A stretch of 64,000 nucleotides of DNA from the NCBI GenBank assembly GCA_030141605.1, contig JAQGDQ010000211.1, positions 270,885 to 334,884 on the forward strand. The letters are read 5' to 3'. Position 1 is the first letter of the stretch; each line of letters opens with the position of its first letter. The position numbers were made by a program, and so were the translations under genes. The DNA comes from Tubiluchus corallicola. Lineage: Eukaryota > Animalia > Priapulida. The notes under the pieces are model-generated. The model had not been told where the DNA came from. It saw only the letters and a program-made list of their open reading frames with translations, and ran no database searches. Below are positions 12,856 through 25,210 of the stretch, in pieces.

Positions 12856-13277
12856 CAGTGTTCCCTCACCGTTCCAGGCTCACCCACGATATGTGAATTT
12901 CCGCGAAGTAGGGACGCTATACTTATTCTAGTAGTTGTACATTGTTTTAAGTCTTTATAAACCCTCCCCACACTCTTATACATAACCCATTCCCTTAATA
13001 ACTTTTCCCACACTGTACATGTACCTTTTAAAAGCCTTTACCTAAATGTTCATAAAAATGTTTTATGTCAAGCGTATCATTCACTTCACATTTACTTCAC
13101 ATTTACTGTACAATACAATACGTACTACGCATGTGCAAAAATACTTTAGATGGAGTACCTCAAAAACCCGGGAAACAGCGAAAATACCACGATAAATATT
13201 CTACATTAATATTTTTCAAAAACCCACAAAAAAGCGAGTCCGCGATAAACGAACCGCGAAGTAGTGAGGGAACACTC
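12856..13277. mobile_element. Tigger/pogo-like MITE
   Basis: TA-cagtgttccctcac ... gtgagggaacact(c)-TA terminal inverted repeats; ccgcgaagtag subterminal motifs. Confidence 0.82.
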
Positions 13278-14059
13278 TACTTCGTACAATTACACATTGA
13301 GTTGTACTTCATACATTTATGTTAATCATTTAAATTACAAGCAAACCTCATTAGAACGCTGACCCACCCACCCCCACCCCACCCCTTTATAATGCCAATC
13401 TTGCTTAATGTCCAAATTTTTGGTAAAACAAAATGTCTGTGTTCGCATAGATATGTGTGTATTAATGTACCTGGTTGTAATGTCAAACTTGCTTAATGCC
13501 ATCTGTTTTTGCAATTGCAAACTGGGCGGTACAAACAGCTTTGACTACAATTGGTTGTATTCTCTACAATTACACATTGAATTGTAACGTCCCGAGCTTG
13601 TATTCATCATCTAAATTACAATATTCATTGTTAGCTTATTAATTACTGTGATGATTATGATGATGATGGTGATGATGATGATGACGACAATCTATGATGT
13701 TCGTTTAATTGTTTTCAATGATTTTTCTATCGCATGTTGTTTGCTTTTGTTAATATGTGACGATAGTTGCAATTTGATCATTTCATGGACAATTACCTTA
13801 TCCTATTTTTGAAAGTTATTTTCAAAATGTTTTGATTGTAGCTGAGTAGGATTTTCACGGGTAAATAGGAGTACACTACGATAGCTTGTCGGAAACATAC
13901 CAAATGTAAAAGATTCTGTTGTAATTATAAGTTGTTATTTAATTACTATCGTGCCTAGTTACGTGTTATTCATCTATAAGTAAAAATAACTAATGGAAGC
14001 TGAATTAATGTTTATGAAACTTTTGGAAGGAGTTTACAATTCCACACACAATTTAAATA

Positions 14060-14179
14060 CCCTAACCCTGACTCAACCCTGACCCTGACCCCACCCTAAG
14101 CCTAAGCCTAGCCCTAACCCCAACCTCAACTCTAATCCTAACTCCAACCCCAAGCCTAAGCCTAGCCCTAGCCCCAACC
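14060..14179. repeat. Degenerate telomere-like (CCCTAA)n tract
   Basis: ccctaaccctgactcaaccctgaccctgaccccaccctaagcctaagcc...; continues briefly after the hAT insertion (14629-14650). Confidence 0.6.
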
Positions 14180-14628
14180 CTGTAGCGGATAGCCCTATAG
14201 GCTGAAGCCTAAGGCTCGGGATCAAAAGGGGCCCGACAAAATAAAACGAAAAAATTTTTTGTTGTAAAAAAAATAAATTGACAAAAGAGCAAGGGGCCCG
14301 CCAAAATAAAATATAGAAAAAAGTTTTTCAAAAGTCAGTCACTATATTTCAAATCGGGTTTACACAAATCAAGTTTACACAATTTAAGTTTAAGTTCAAA
14401 ATTTCAGTTTCCGAATTTTTCTGGGGACAAAGTCAGTTATAATTTCTGAAAAGTCCATTTTTTTCAACATATCTGACTCAATATGCATCAGTGATAAATT
14501 GTTTAATTTGTCATCCTTTACAAACGACGAGAGCTCCACAAAAACACGTCAGCTCAGCAGTGTAGCAACATTTAAAAGGCCCGTTCCAAGCTCAAGCCTA
14601 AGGCCCATAAAATCATAATCCGCCGCTG
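14180..14628. mobile_element. hAT-like MITE
   Basis: Imperfect TIRs ctgtagcggat / atccgccgctg; 8-bp flanks ccccaacc / acccaacc (7/8); gggccc subterminal motifs. Confidence 0.75.
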
Positions 14629-15009
14629 ACCCAACCCCAACTCTAATCCTTTTTTAAGAGTACGTAAAGTATTGCACATTTTACGATATTTTTTGGTATA
14701 ATAATTGTGTATATGTTGTGGAGAAAGATATTATCAAAGTGTATGTGAAAGACGTTAATAATTTATTGTGATCATGTTTAATTATGCACATTGGCTCATA
14801 GAATAGGTGTTTACTTTTGAATAAATTTGATAATTTAGATTTTAGAGTCTCTGAATTTTTTTAGTTTTGTTGGCGTGTAAGAAAAATTGTCATTTTAAGT
14901 GCTTTGTTTAAACGTAGTTTTGTTGCAGTAGCAAAAAGTACAATTCGACTAGAGAAAGACACTTTTTCATCTGATAAATGTTCTCACCAATGAAACGTAA
15001 CGCTTTACA

Positions 15010-16160
15010 CTGTGTTCAGACTAGCTAGTTTTTTCACCAAGTAACTCGCAAATGCGTTCAGACTAGCTAGATTTCTTCCCAAGTAACTCGCAACCGCGTT
15101 CAGACCAGCTAGTTTTCTTGCTAAATAACTCGCAAATGCGTTCAGACTAGCTAGATTTCTCACCAAGTAACTCGCAAATGCATTCAGACTAGCTAGATTT
15201 CTCACCAAGTAACTCGCAAATGCGTTCAGACTAGCTAGATTTCTTGCCAAGTAACTTGCAACCGCGTTCAGACCAGCTAGTTTTCTCACTAAGTAACTCG
15301 CAAATGCGTTCAGACTAGCTAGATTTCTCACCAAGTAACTCGCAAATGCGTTCAGACTAGCTAGTTTTCTCACCAAGTAACTCGCAAATGCGTTCAGACT
15401 AGCTAGTTTTCTCACCAAGTAACTCGCAAATGCGTTCAGACTAGCTAGATTTCTTGCCAAGTAACTCGCAAATGCGTTGAGACTAGCTAGATTTCTCACC
15501 AAGTAACTCGCAAATGTGTTCAGACCAGCTAGATTTCTTGCCAAGTAACTCGCAAATGCATTCAGACTAGCTAGATTTCTCGCTAAGTAACTCGCAAATG
15601 CGTTCAGACTAGCTAGATTTCTTGCCAAGTAACTTGCATCCGCGTTCAGACCAGCTAGTTTTCTCACTAAGTAACTCGCAAATGCGTTCAGACTAGCTAG
15701 ATTTCTCACCAAGTAACTTGCAAATGCGTTGAGACTAGCTAGTTTTCTCACCAAGTAACTCACAAATGCGTTCAGACTAGCTAGTTTTCTCACTAAGTAA
15801 CTCGCAAATGCATTCCAACTAACTAGTTTTCTCACTAAGTAACTCGCAAATGCGTTCAGACTAGCTAGATTTCTCACCAAGTAACTCGCAAATGCATTCA
15901 GACTAGCTAGTTTTCTCACTAAGTAACTCGTAAATGCGTTCAGACCAGCTAGTTTTCTCACCAAATAACTCACAAGCGCATTCAGACCAGCTAGTTTTCT
16001 CACCAAGTAACTCACAAGCGTGTTCAGACCAGCTAGTTTTCTCACCAAGTAACTCACAAGCATGTTCAGACCAGCTAGTTTTTTCACCAAGTAACTCACA
16101 AGCATGTTCAGACCAGCTAGTTTTTTCACCAAGTAACTCACAAGCGTGTTCAGACTAGAG
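15010..16160. repeat. 42-bp minisatellite (about 27 copies) running into related sequence to about 16500
   Basis: Unit gttcagactagctagatttctcaccaagtaactcgcaaatgc; explains the 425-aa minus-strand ORF. Confidence 0.92.
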
Positions 16161-16845
16161 AGAAAAACTTGATGCGAGTTACTCTCCGACAGTAAGCGTG
16201 AGCTGACACTTATTTCTCTATTCACTGCAAGGAGTGTCGAGAGTAACTCGGCGAGGCGTTCACGTTGGACAGTAACTCGCAAGTGTGTTCAGACTAGAAA
16301 GCAAAACTTGCTGCGAGTTACTCTCCGGCAGTAAGTGAATAACTGGCACCCACTTCCCTATTCACTGCGAGAAGTATCGAGAGTAACTTGCCGACAGGCG
16401 TTACTTAACGAGCGCGTTCACACCAGAGAGTAAATGAACTCGCAACAACTATCAGAGTTTACAATTTCTTGCCGACAGTAACTCGCAAACAGGTAACATT
16501 AGCGAGCTTGCTGTCAGAGAGAGAAGGCGCATACGATAAGCTACAGTAGAAACATTACAGTATGAGTAGCCTATAGATACGTACATAGCATAAACATAAC
16601 ATTGCTATTAGACATAATATGTAAACAGTCTGAACTAATACAATGGTTAGAAGCGCTCAGTAAGAAATATAAATTTCTATACAAGCTTACATACTTGAAT
16701 ATTAACAGCTGGATATAGATGTTTATTGCAATGAAGAAGCAGATAAATGAGTTCGTTTCTAGTTGATTTTTTCCCTTATTCTGACGATAGGGTGATAGAA
16801 TTAAACCTGTCGAAATGCCAAGGAAATAAGCCGAGCTTGTTTTTG

Positions 16846-16965
<120 letters not shown>

Positions 16966-17071
16966 TATCCCTAGAGATAAGCGTCCGTACGCTGATCTTT
17001 CACTTTGTGTCAACACAACCGTAATGAAGAAACATCTCTTACCAAATGCTGCCACAGCTTGGGTCTCCCAG

Positions 17072-18167
17072 TATAGGAGCTCCAAGCTTGAGGGGTCCTT
17101 GGCTACAGCCTATAATAGCCTATAGGAGCCCCAAGCTTGAGGGGTCCTACGCTACAGCCTATACTAGTCTATAGGAGCCCCAAGCTTGAGGGGTCCTAGG
17201 TTACAGCCTATACTAGTCTATAGGAGCCCCAAGCTTGAGGGGTCCTAGGCTACAGCCTATGCTAGTCTATCGGAGCCCCAGCTTGAGGGGTCCTAGGCTA
17301 CAGCCTGTACGAGTCTACAGGAGCCCCTAGCTTGAGGCATCCTAGGCTACAGCCTATAATAGCCTATAGGAGCCCCAAGCTTGAGGGGTCCTAGGCTACA
17401 GCCTATACTAGTCTATAGGAGCCCCAAGCTTGAGGTGTCCTAAGCTACTGCCTGAACTAGCCTATAGGAGCCACAAGCTTGAGGGGTCCTAAGCTACAGC
17501 CTGAACTAGTCTATAGGAGCCACAAGCTTGAGGGGGCCTAGGCTACAGTCTATACTAGTCTATAGGAGCCCCAAACTCGAGAGGTCTTAGGCTACAGCAT
17601 GTACTAGTCTATAGGAGCCCCAAGCTTGAGGGGTCCTATAATAGTCTATAGGAGCCCCAACCTTGAGGGGTCCTAGGTTACAGCCAGTACTAGTCCATAG
17701 GAGCCCCAACTGAGGGGTCCTAGGCTACAGCCTATACTCGTCTACAAGAGCCCCAAGCTCGAGAGGTCCTAGGCTACAGTCTGTCCTAATCTATAGGAGC
17801 CCCAGGCTTGAGGGGTCCTAGGCTACAGCCTATACTCGTCTACAAGAGCCCCAAGCTCGAGAGGTCCTCGGCTACAGTCTGTACTAATCTATAGGAGCTC
17901 CAAACTTGAGGGGTCCTAGGCTACAGCATATACTAGTCTATAGTAGCTCCAAGCTCGAGGGGTCCTAAGCTACAGCCTATACTAGTCTATAGGAGCCCCA
18001 AGCTTGAGGGATCCTAGGCTATAGCCTATACTAGTCTGTAGGAGCACGAGCTTGAGGGGTCCTAGGCTACAGCCTATAATAGTCTATAGGAGCTCCAAAC
18101 TTGAGGGGTCCTAGGCTACAGCCTATACTAGTCTATACGAGCTCCAAGCTTGAGGGGTCCTAGGCTA
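17072..18167. repeat. 49-bp palindrome-rich minisatellite (about 22 copies)
   Basis: Unit ggagccccaagcttgaggggtcctaggctacagcctatactagtctata. Confidence 0.93.
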
Positions 18168-19885
18168 TGCTGCATTGTCGCTGGAGGTTTGTGAGCGTTA
18201 GTACCACGCTCACTTGGGCTACCCAAACGCTGCATTGTTGGGCTACACAAATGCTGCATTGTCATTAGAGGTTTGTGGGCGTTAGTAGCAAGCTCACTTG
18301 GGCTACACAAACGCTGCATTGTCACTGGAGGTTTGTGGGCGTTAGTAGCAAGCTCACTTGGGCTACACAAACGCTGCATTGTCGCTGGAGGTTTGTGGGC
18401 GTTAGTAGCAAGCTCACTTGGGCTACACAAACGCTGCATTGTCACTGGAGATTTGTGGGCGTTAATTGCAAGCTCACTTGGGCTACACAAACGCTGCATT
18501 GTCACTGGAGGTTTGTGGGCGTTAGTAACAAGCTCGCCTGGGCTACATAAACGCTGCATTGTCACTGGAGGATTGTGGGCGTTAGTAGCAAGCGCACTTG
18601 GGCTACACAAACGCTGCATTGTCACTGGAGGTTTGTGGGCGTTAGTAGCAAGCTTACTTGGGATACACAAACGCTGCATTGTCACTGGATGTTTGTGGGC
18701 GTTAGCAGCAAGCTCACTTGGGATACACAAACGGTGCATTGCCACTGGAGGTTTGTGGGCGTTAGTAGCAAGCTCACTTGGGATACACAAACGCTGCATT
18801 GTCACTGGAGGTTTGTGGGCGTTAGTAGCAAGCTCACTTGGGCTACACAAACGCTGCATTGTCACTGGAGGTTTGTGGGCGTTAGTAGCAAGCTCACTTG
18901 GACTACACAAACGCTGCATTGTCACTGCAGGTTTGTGGGCGTTAATAGCAAGCTCACTTGGGCTACACAAACGCTGCATTGTCACTGGAGGTTTGTGGGC
19001 GTTAGTAGCAAGCTCACTTGGGCTACACAAACGCTGCACTGTCACTGGAGGTTTGTGGGCGTTAGTAGCAAGCTCACTTGGGCTACACAGACGCTGCATT
19101 GTCACTGGAGGTTTGTGGGCGTTAGTAGCATGCTCACTTGGGCTACACAAACGCTGCATTGTCACTAGAGGTTTGTGGGCGTTAGTAGCAAGCTCACTTG
19201 GGCTACACAAACGCTGCATTGTCACTGGAGGTTTGTGGGCGTTAGTAGCAAGCTCACTTGGGCTACACAAACGCTGCATTGTCGCTGGAGGTTTGTGGGC
19301 GTTAGTAGCAAGCTCACTTGGGCTACACAAACGCTGCATTGTCACTGGAGGTTTGTGGGCGTTAGTAGCAAGCTCACTTGGGATACACAAACGCTGCATT
19401 GGCACTGGAGGTTTGTGGGCGTTAGTAGCAAGCTCACTTGGGCTACACAAACGCTGCATTGTCACTGGAGGTTTGTGGGCATTAGTAGCAAGCTCACTGT
19501 CCTTGGAGGTTTGTGGGCGTCAGTAGCAAGCTCATTTGGGATACACAAACGCTGCATTGTCACTGGAGGTTTGTGGGCGTTTGTAGCAAGCTCACTTGGG
19601 CTACACAAACGCTGCATTGTCACTGGATGTGTGTGGGCGTTAGTAGCAAGCTCACTTGGGCTACACAAACGCTGCATTGTCACTGGAGGTTTGTGGGCGT
19701 TAGTAGCAAGCTCACTTGGGCTACACAAACGCTGCATTGTCACTGGAGGTTTGTGGGCGTTCGTAGCAAGCTTACTTGGGCTACACAAACGCTGCATTGT
19801 CACTGGAGGATTGTGGGCGTTTGTAGCAAGCTCACTTGGGCTACACAAACGCTGCATTGTCACTGGATGTGTGTGGGCGTTAGTA
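18168..19885. repeat. 60-bp minisatellite (about 28 copies)
   Basis: Unit gggctacacaaacgctgcattgtcactggaggtttgtgggcgttagtagcaagctcactt; aligns column-wise in the 60-nt lines. Confidence 0.95.
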
Positions 19886-20187
19886 GGCTGAACGACCTTG
19901 ATTGCTTGCCAACAAAGTGCGTTTATTCTGATGGATCTTTAGTGGCGGTTGCATAGGCTATAATAGTGAAGCAGACTCATTAAGTTACCTCATCTAAAGG
20001 GCTTCATTCTGCTGCTGGCAAATTAGAATGCATGAGTGCATTACTCTGTTAGATTATGCAATGTGATTATGGAGAATCTTGGCATAGAATGTCGTCGTTG
20101 TTGATCGTAAACATGAGATTGTCATGCTGAGCAGTGAGCAGCTAAATAGGTTTTTTGTTGCCCAAAGCTAACTCCTACTGCTCTTAG

Positions 20188-20885
20188 TGTAGAGTAGAAT
20201 AGAATAGAATAGAATAGAATAGAATAGAATAGAATAGAATGGAATGGAATGGAATGGAATGGAATGGAATGGAACGGAACGGAACGGAACGGAACGGAAT
20301 AGAATAGAATAGAATAGAATAGAATAGAATAGAATCGAATGGAATGGAAGAGAAGAGAATAAAAGAGAAGAAAAGAGAAGAGAAAAGAGAAGAGAAGAGA
20401 TGAATAGAGTAAAGTAGAGTAGAGCAGAGTACAGTAGCAGTTAAGCAGAGTGGAGTGGAGTGGAGTGCAGTAGCAGTTAAGCAGAGTGGAGTGGAGTGGA
20501 GTGCAGTAGCAGTTAAGCAGAGTGGAGTGGAGTGGAGTGGTGTAGCAGTTAAGCAGAGTGGAGTGGAGTGGAGGGGAGTGGTGTAGCAGTTAAGCAGAGT
20601 GGAGTGCAGTAGCAGTTAAGCAGGGTGGAGTGGAGTGCAGTAGCAGTTAAGCAGAGTGGAGTGGAGTGGAGTACAGTAGCAGTTAAGCAGAGTGGTGTGG
20701 AGTGGAGTGGAGTAGCAGTTAAGCAGAGTGGAGTGGAGTGGAGTGCAGTAGCAGTTAAGCAGAGTGGAGTGCAGTGCAGTAGCAGTTGAGCAGAGTGGAG
20801 TGGAGTGGAGTACAGTAGCAGTTAAGCAGAGTGGAGTGGAGTGGTGTAGCAGTTAAGCAGAATGGAGTGGAGTGCAGTAGAGTGA
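20188..20885. repeat. Compound pentanucleotide microsatellites plus composite (agtagcagttaagcag)(agtgg)n array
   Basis: agaat, ggaat, ggaac, agaag and ggagt blocks in series. Confidence 0.9.
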
Positions 20886-20963
20886 AAGGTGAAATTATGT
20901 ATTATACATTTTCAAAGAAATAGAATTCATTTAACTAATTTTTACCAAAGACTGTAGCTGTAG

Positions 20964-21165
20964 CTATTCTTCTAGAATTGAATGAGGTTGTAGTTGTTCT
21001 GGTAAACAACTAACTTTACTAGTAGAGAATTTCACAGGTAAGAAGCCCGAAGGAAAACTGCTTTTATAATCAGCTCCTCTTATACCTTGCAATGTCCACG
21101 ATAGTGCAACACCTGTAACACCTGAGATCTCTATAGAATAAAGCAATTTTTGCAAACATTCTTGT
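20964..21165 (-). mobile_element. Degenerate LINE reverse-transcriptase fragment
   Basis: QKLLYSIEISGVTGVALSW...SGFLPV resembles the LLxKLxxxGIxGxxLxW...SxxLPV segment of CR1/L2-type RTs. Confidence 0.4.
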
Positions 21166-22336
21166 CATAAATGTTCTAGCTTCTAGCTTTAAGTAATTTG
21201 ATGGTGTTTTTGTGTGTAAACCAAAAATCGATTATAGAGTTTATCTCAATGAAAAGCACGACCCCCCCAAGGGCACTTCTTTGCTTCTGCAGCCATAAGT
21301 GTTTTCAGAATGTCTTTGAGACGTGAATGAAACTTGTAGCACACGCGGAGCAATTATTAAACGAAAACAGGATGACTTTTCATATCCGACTCCATTTTGA
21401 AGGACGGTAAAAAGTTTACATTTTAACACATATGACAATGCCATAGTGTTTCTGATTATTAAAGGAAAACCGGATGATTGTGTAAAGATTGGCTCAGAAT
21501 GAAGAATGCTCTAAAATATTGAAAACTATAAAAGCTTATTTTAAATCAAAGCTTAGATTAAATAATAATTACCTCGGATACTCAAATTTTGTTGAATTTT
21601 CGAAGCTACACGCGGCTCAGTGAATCTGCTAAGATTGGCAACGGCGCCTTTTTGTAACATTCGCGTGGCCGACAAATAGAAGGCAGTACCGTGATAACCA
21701 GTGTTAGTTTCTGATGTCATATGATGTAAAGCCCATTTTTCGTGACATCATGCCTTTAAACAGTACTGTAACACTTATGCAAATGTGCTTGACGTGCAAG
21801 GAAAGACGCCTGCCATTGCATAGCCTGTGGTTAGTTTCTGACGTAAGTAATAACTGTGTTCGGTTGCCGTTAATTAACTTTCTAACCTAAGAAAGTTAAT
21901 CTAAGAAATAATTGTTCACGTTTATAGGCAAAAAATGTATATTTTGGACAGTAAATTAAAATGAGATCCAGTCTAAACAATCTTCCGGTCTTCCTTGAAT
22001 TAATAATCATGAAATTCCCGAGCCCCCGCGCGAGAATGAACAGTCGGTATGCTGGGACGATATCAGCTGTTGGATCCGAGTTTGTCAGTTTTTGAAGACG
22101 GTTTGATATCATCAAACTTTCTTGTCGAACTAAAAGTTTTTCAGTTTCGCTGTTTACAGGATCAAACTAGTTTGAGAAAATAAACCGAGCGTCTAAATGG
22201 CTCCTTAAACCACAAGAAAATCATTCACTTCTGATAATTAAATAATTGATTAAAAACTTAATTAACGGAAGCAGGGCTGGATTGTGACCTTTTGTGGCCC
22301 AGAGGTTAATAATTATGCCCATACTACAATGATCTT

Positions 22337-23034
22337 AGAGAAAAATTATATAATCACATCAATGTAATTAAAGAGAAAAATTATGTAATCACATCAATGT
22401 AATTATAGAGAAAAATTATGTGATCACATCAATGTAATTATAGAGAAAAATTATGTGATCACATCAATGTAATTATAGAGAAAAATTATGTGATCACATC
22501 AATGTAATTATAGAGAAAAATTATGTAATCACATCAATGTAATTATAGAGAAAATTATGTAATCACATCAATGTAATTATAGAGAAAAATTATGTAATCA
22601 CATCAATGTAATTATAGAGAAAAATTATGTAATCACATCAATGTAATTATAGAGAAAAATTATGTAATCACATCAATGTAATTATAGAGAAAAATTATGT
22701 AATCACATCAATGTAATTATAGAGAAAAATTATGTAATCACATCAATGTAATTATAGAGAAAAATTATGTGATCACATCAATGTAATTATAAAGAAAAAT
22801 TATGTAATCACATCAATGTAATTATAGAGAAAATTATGTAATCACATCAATGTAATTATAGAGAAAAATTATGTAATCACATCAATGTAATTATAGAGAA
22901 AAATTATGTAATCACATCAATGTAATTATAGAGAAAAATTATGTAATCACATCAATGTAATCATAGAGAAAAATTATGTAATCACATCATTGTAATTATA
23001 GAGAAAAATTATGTAATCACATCAATGTAATTAT
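22337..23034. repeat. 35-bp minisatellite (about 20 copies)
   Basis: Unit agagaaaaattatgtaatcacatcaatgtaattat. Confidence 0.95.
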
Positions 23035-23039
23035 ACCAG

Positions 23040-23445
23040 AATTTTGCCTTATGAGCGATGCTGATAAATTTTTAGTCTTGATGGGAAGTACTGATTTAGA
23101 AGTAATTAAGGCATTTATTAATTATGTTGAAAAAGCGTTTTTAAGACATGATGAACAATATACTATGTAATGATCATTGAGAATGAGGCCTAATGAATGG
23201 CAATTTATTATAAATACTAAAACATTAAACTTTTCATTAAATAACTAATATAACTAACTAATATATTATTATAACTAATACAACAAATTCAATAATATTT
23301 TGTTTTGTTAGTAATTGTTTTGTTTGTATGACTATAGTGTCATTATATTTCATTGTATATATGTCTTGTTTTTTGTATATTTCAAAATTGATATTGTATG
23401 TCTTGTGCGTATTTTTGACACTAATAAATAATATCTGAAATAAAA
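23040..23445 (+). mobile_element. LINE 3' end fragment (RTE-X-like C-terminus plus AT-rich 3' UTR)
   Basis: ADKFLVLMGSTDLEVIKAFINYVEKAFLRH resembles a KFxxLM...YIxxAFxxR non-LTR ORF2 tail; followed by aataaa. Confidence 0.45.
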
Positions 23446-25009
23446 TTATTCTCCGCCCTCTTAGACGTAGCTACCCTCCAATTCGCCGACACCCACTTTG
23501 AATGTTTTTTGTGACGTATTTTAACGACGTTTACATAACTCGAAGTAACTTATTGCAAATAATTTAAGTAAACTCGAATAACTATCTTTTGTTTGTCAGT
23601 GAAAATATTTCGTAAGAAACACATTTATTGCAAACCAAATTATCACACATTTCAACACGTTAGCGAAGAAAAAACAGATTTTTTTACCAAATGTTAGCAG
23701 CGGCATTCGGGTCTAATCTACACTAGATAACATGACGATGACATCACGACTGAACATCATATTGTAGATGACATCACAACTGAACATCACATTGTAGATG
23801 ACATCACAACTGAACATCACATTGTAGATGACATCACAACTGAACATAATTTTAGACTTTCTATCTTTTATATCATCTCATATATGAGCTTCATTCATTA
23901 CATCATTCCATTTTGAAGTACTAAACGTTTTCTTTATCATACGATTCATATCAAATATTCAGTTTATTTTTATTACATTTTTTTCTTTTACAGTGTGGGA
24001 CAGTCTAACAAACCCTGCTTTTTGATTGCCCGCAACACATTTGCATTTGTATACAGGTGAACAGTGTGTGAGGCTTTTCTTGTGCAGAAACAATAAAAAC
24101 TTATTTGTATTATGTTCATTGTAAGCCCTTTTACTATATATTGTACATGAAACTTTTGTAAATTTGTAATGTGAAATAAATGACTTATGACTTAAATGAC
24201 TTATGACTTCATGACGTAAGCATTCCCTGAGCGTGTTGCACGTGTTTGCTAAAGTGAAAATTGAATTACAGTGCTACTGTAATCAGCTTGATACACAAAA
24301 CTGGGCAAATTTTAGTTTTAGAAATTTAAGTTTCACGCAAATTGCAGAGCTCTCGAATGTGTGCGCCACGTCACAACTGAATTGTCAGGAATAGCGCCGT
24401 TTTTTGCAACGCATTTTTGAATTACAGTCCCTATATCCGTCTAACTATGCCTAAAGCATGCATGTAACTGGACGAGAACGTGAAATAAAAGTTCCGTGGT
24501 AATAATTCTTTCACCAAAATCACTCTTACGAAAGCAATTAGCTGTCTTTCAATATTTTATACATTAGATTATTTTAGCCATAGTTTACAATTGGGTGGTC
24601 TTCTCCTTTAATGTTAGTTTAGTCAACAATGCTGTAATGAGTGTTTGTGTAAAAGACAAGCAGAAGCCTCCCTTGACTCCGAGGAGATAAAAACAAGTGT
24701 GAATGTGTTGCTCAAACCTAATTTGTAAAATATTGACCTCTCTGAAATGCATCTCTTCCATCCTAGGTCCAACCAATGTTACTTACGTATTTGTTGTCAC
24801 GGATGTGGCTAATCATGCATTGGTCAAACCAGTAGACAACTTAGCTTGAGAAGCAGAGAGCACAAATATAGAAGACGTAGACCTAGTGTTTTTGCATTTG
24901 AAAAAGGCCTATTATCAAATACAGCGCTGCTAATAAAAAACCGTTGGTCAACTAATATGGTTTTCAGAATGAAAGTAAGAAATACAACGACAATGATATC
25001 AATTATGCG

Positions 25010-25210
25010 GTTAGTCAGTTGGTTGGTCGGTCGGCCAGTCAGACAGTCGGTCGGTCAGTCGGTCGGCTGGTCAGTCAGTCAGTAAGGCAGTCAGTCAGTA
25101 AGGCAGTCAGTCAGTCAGTCAGTCAGTCAGTCAGTCAGTCAGTCAGTCAGTCAGTCAGTCAACTAGTCAGTCAGTCAGTCAGTCAGTCAGTCAGTTAGTC
25201 AGTCAGTCCG
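25010..25210. repeat. (CAGT)n microsatellite
   Basis: Direct inspection. Confidence 0.9.

Larger units (their letters stand above)
21357..24611. mobile_element. Kolobok-like MITE copy fragmented by nested insertions
   Basis: Segments 21357-21460, 22230-22270, about 23735-23845 and 24220-24611 align in order with the intact element at 42495-43110; TTAA at both outer ends. Confidence 0.7.

Noticed and set aside
14060-14179. Telomere or chromosome-fusion site
   Set aside because: Short, highly degenerate and single orientation; such tracts are common in animal repeats.
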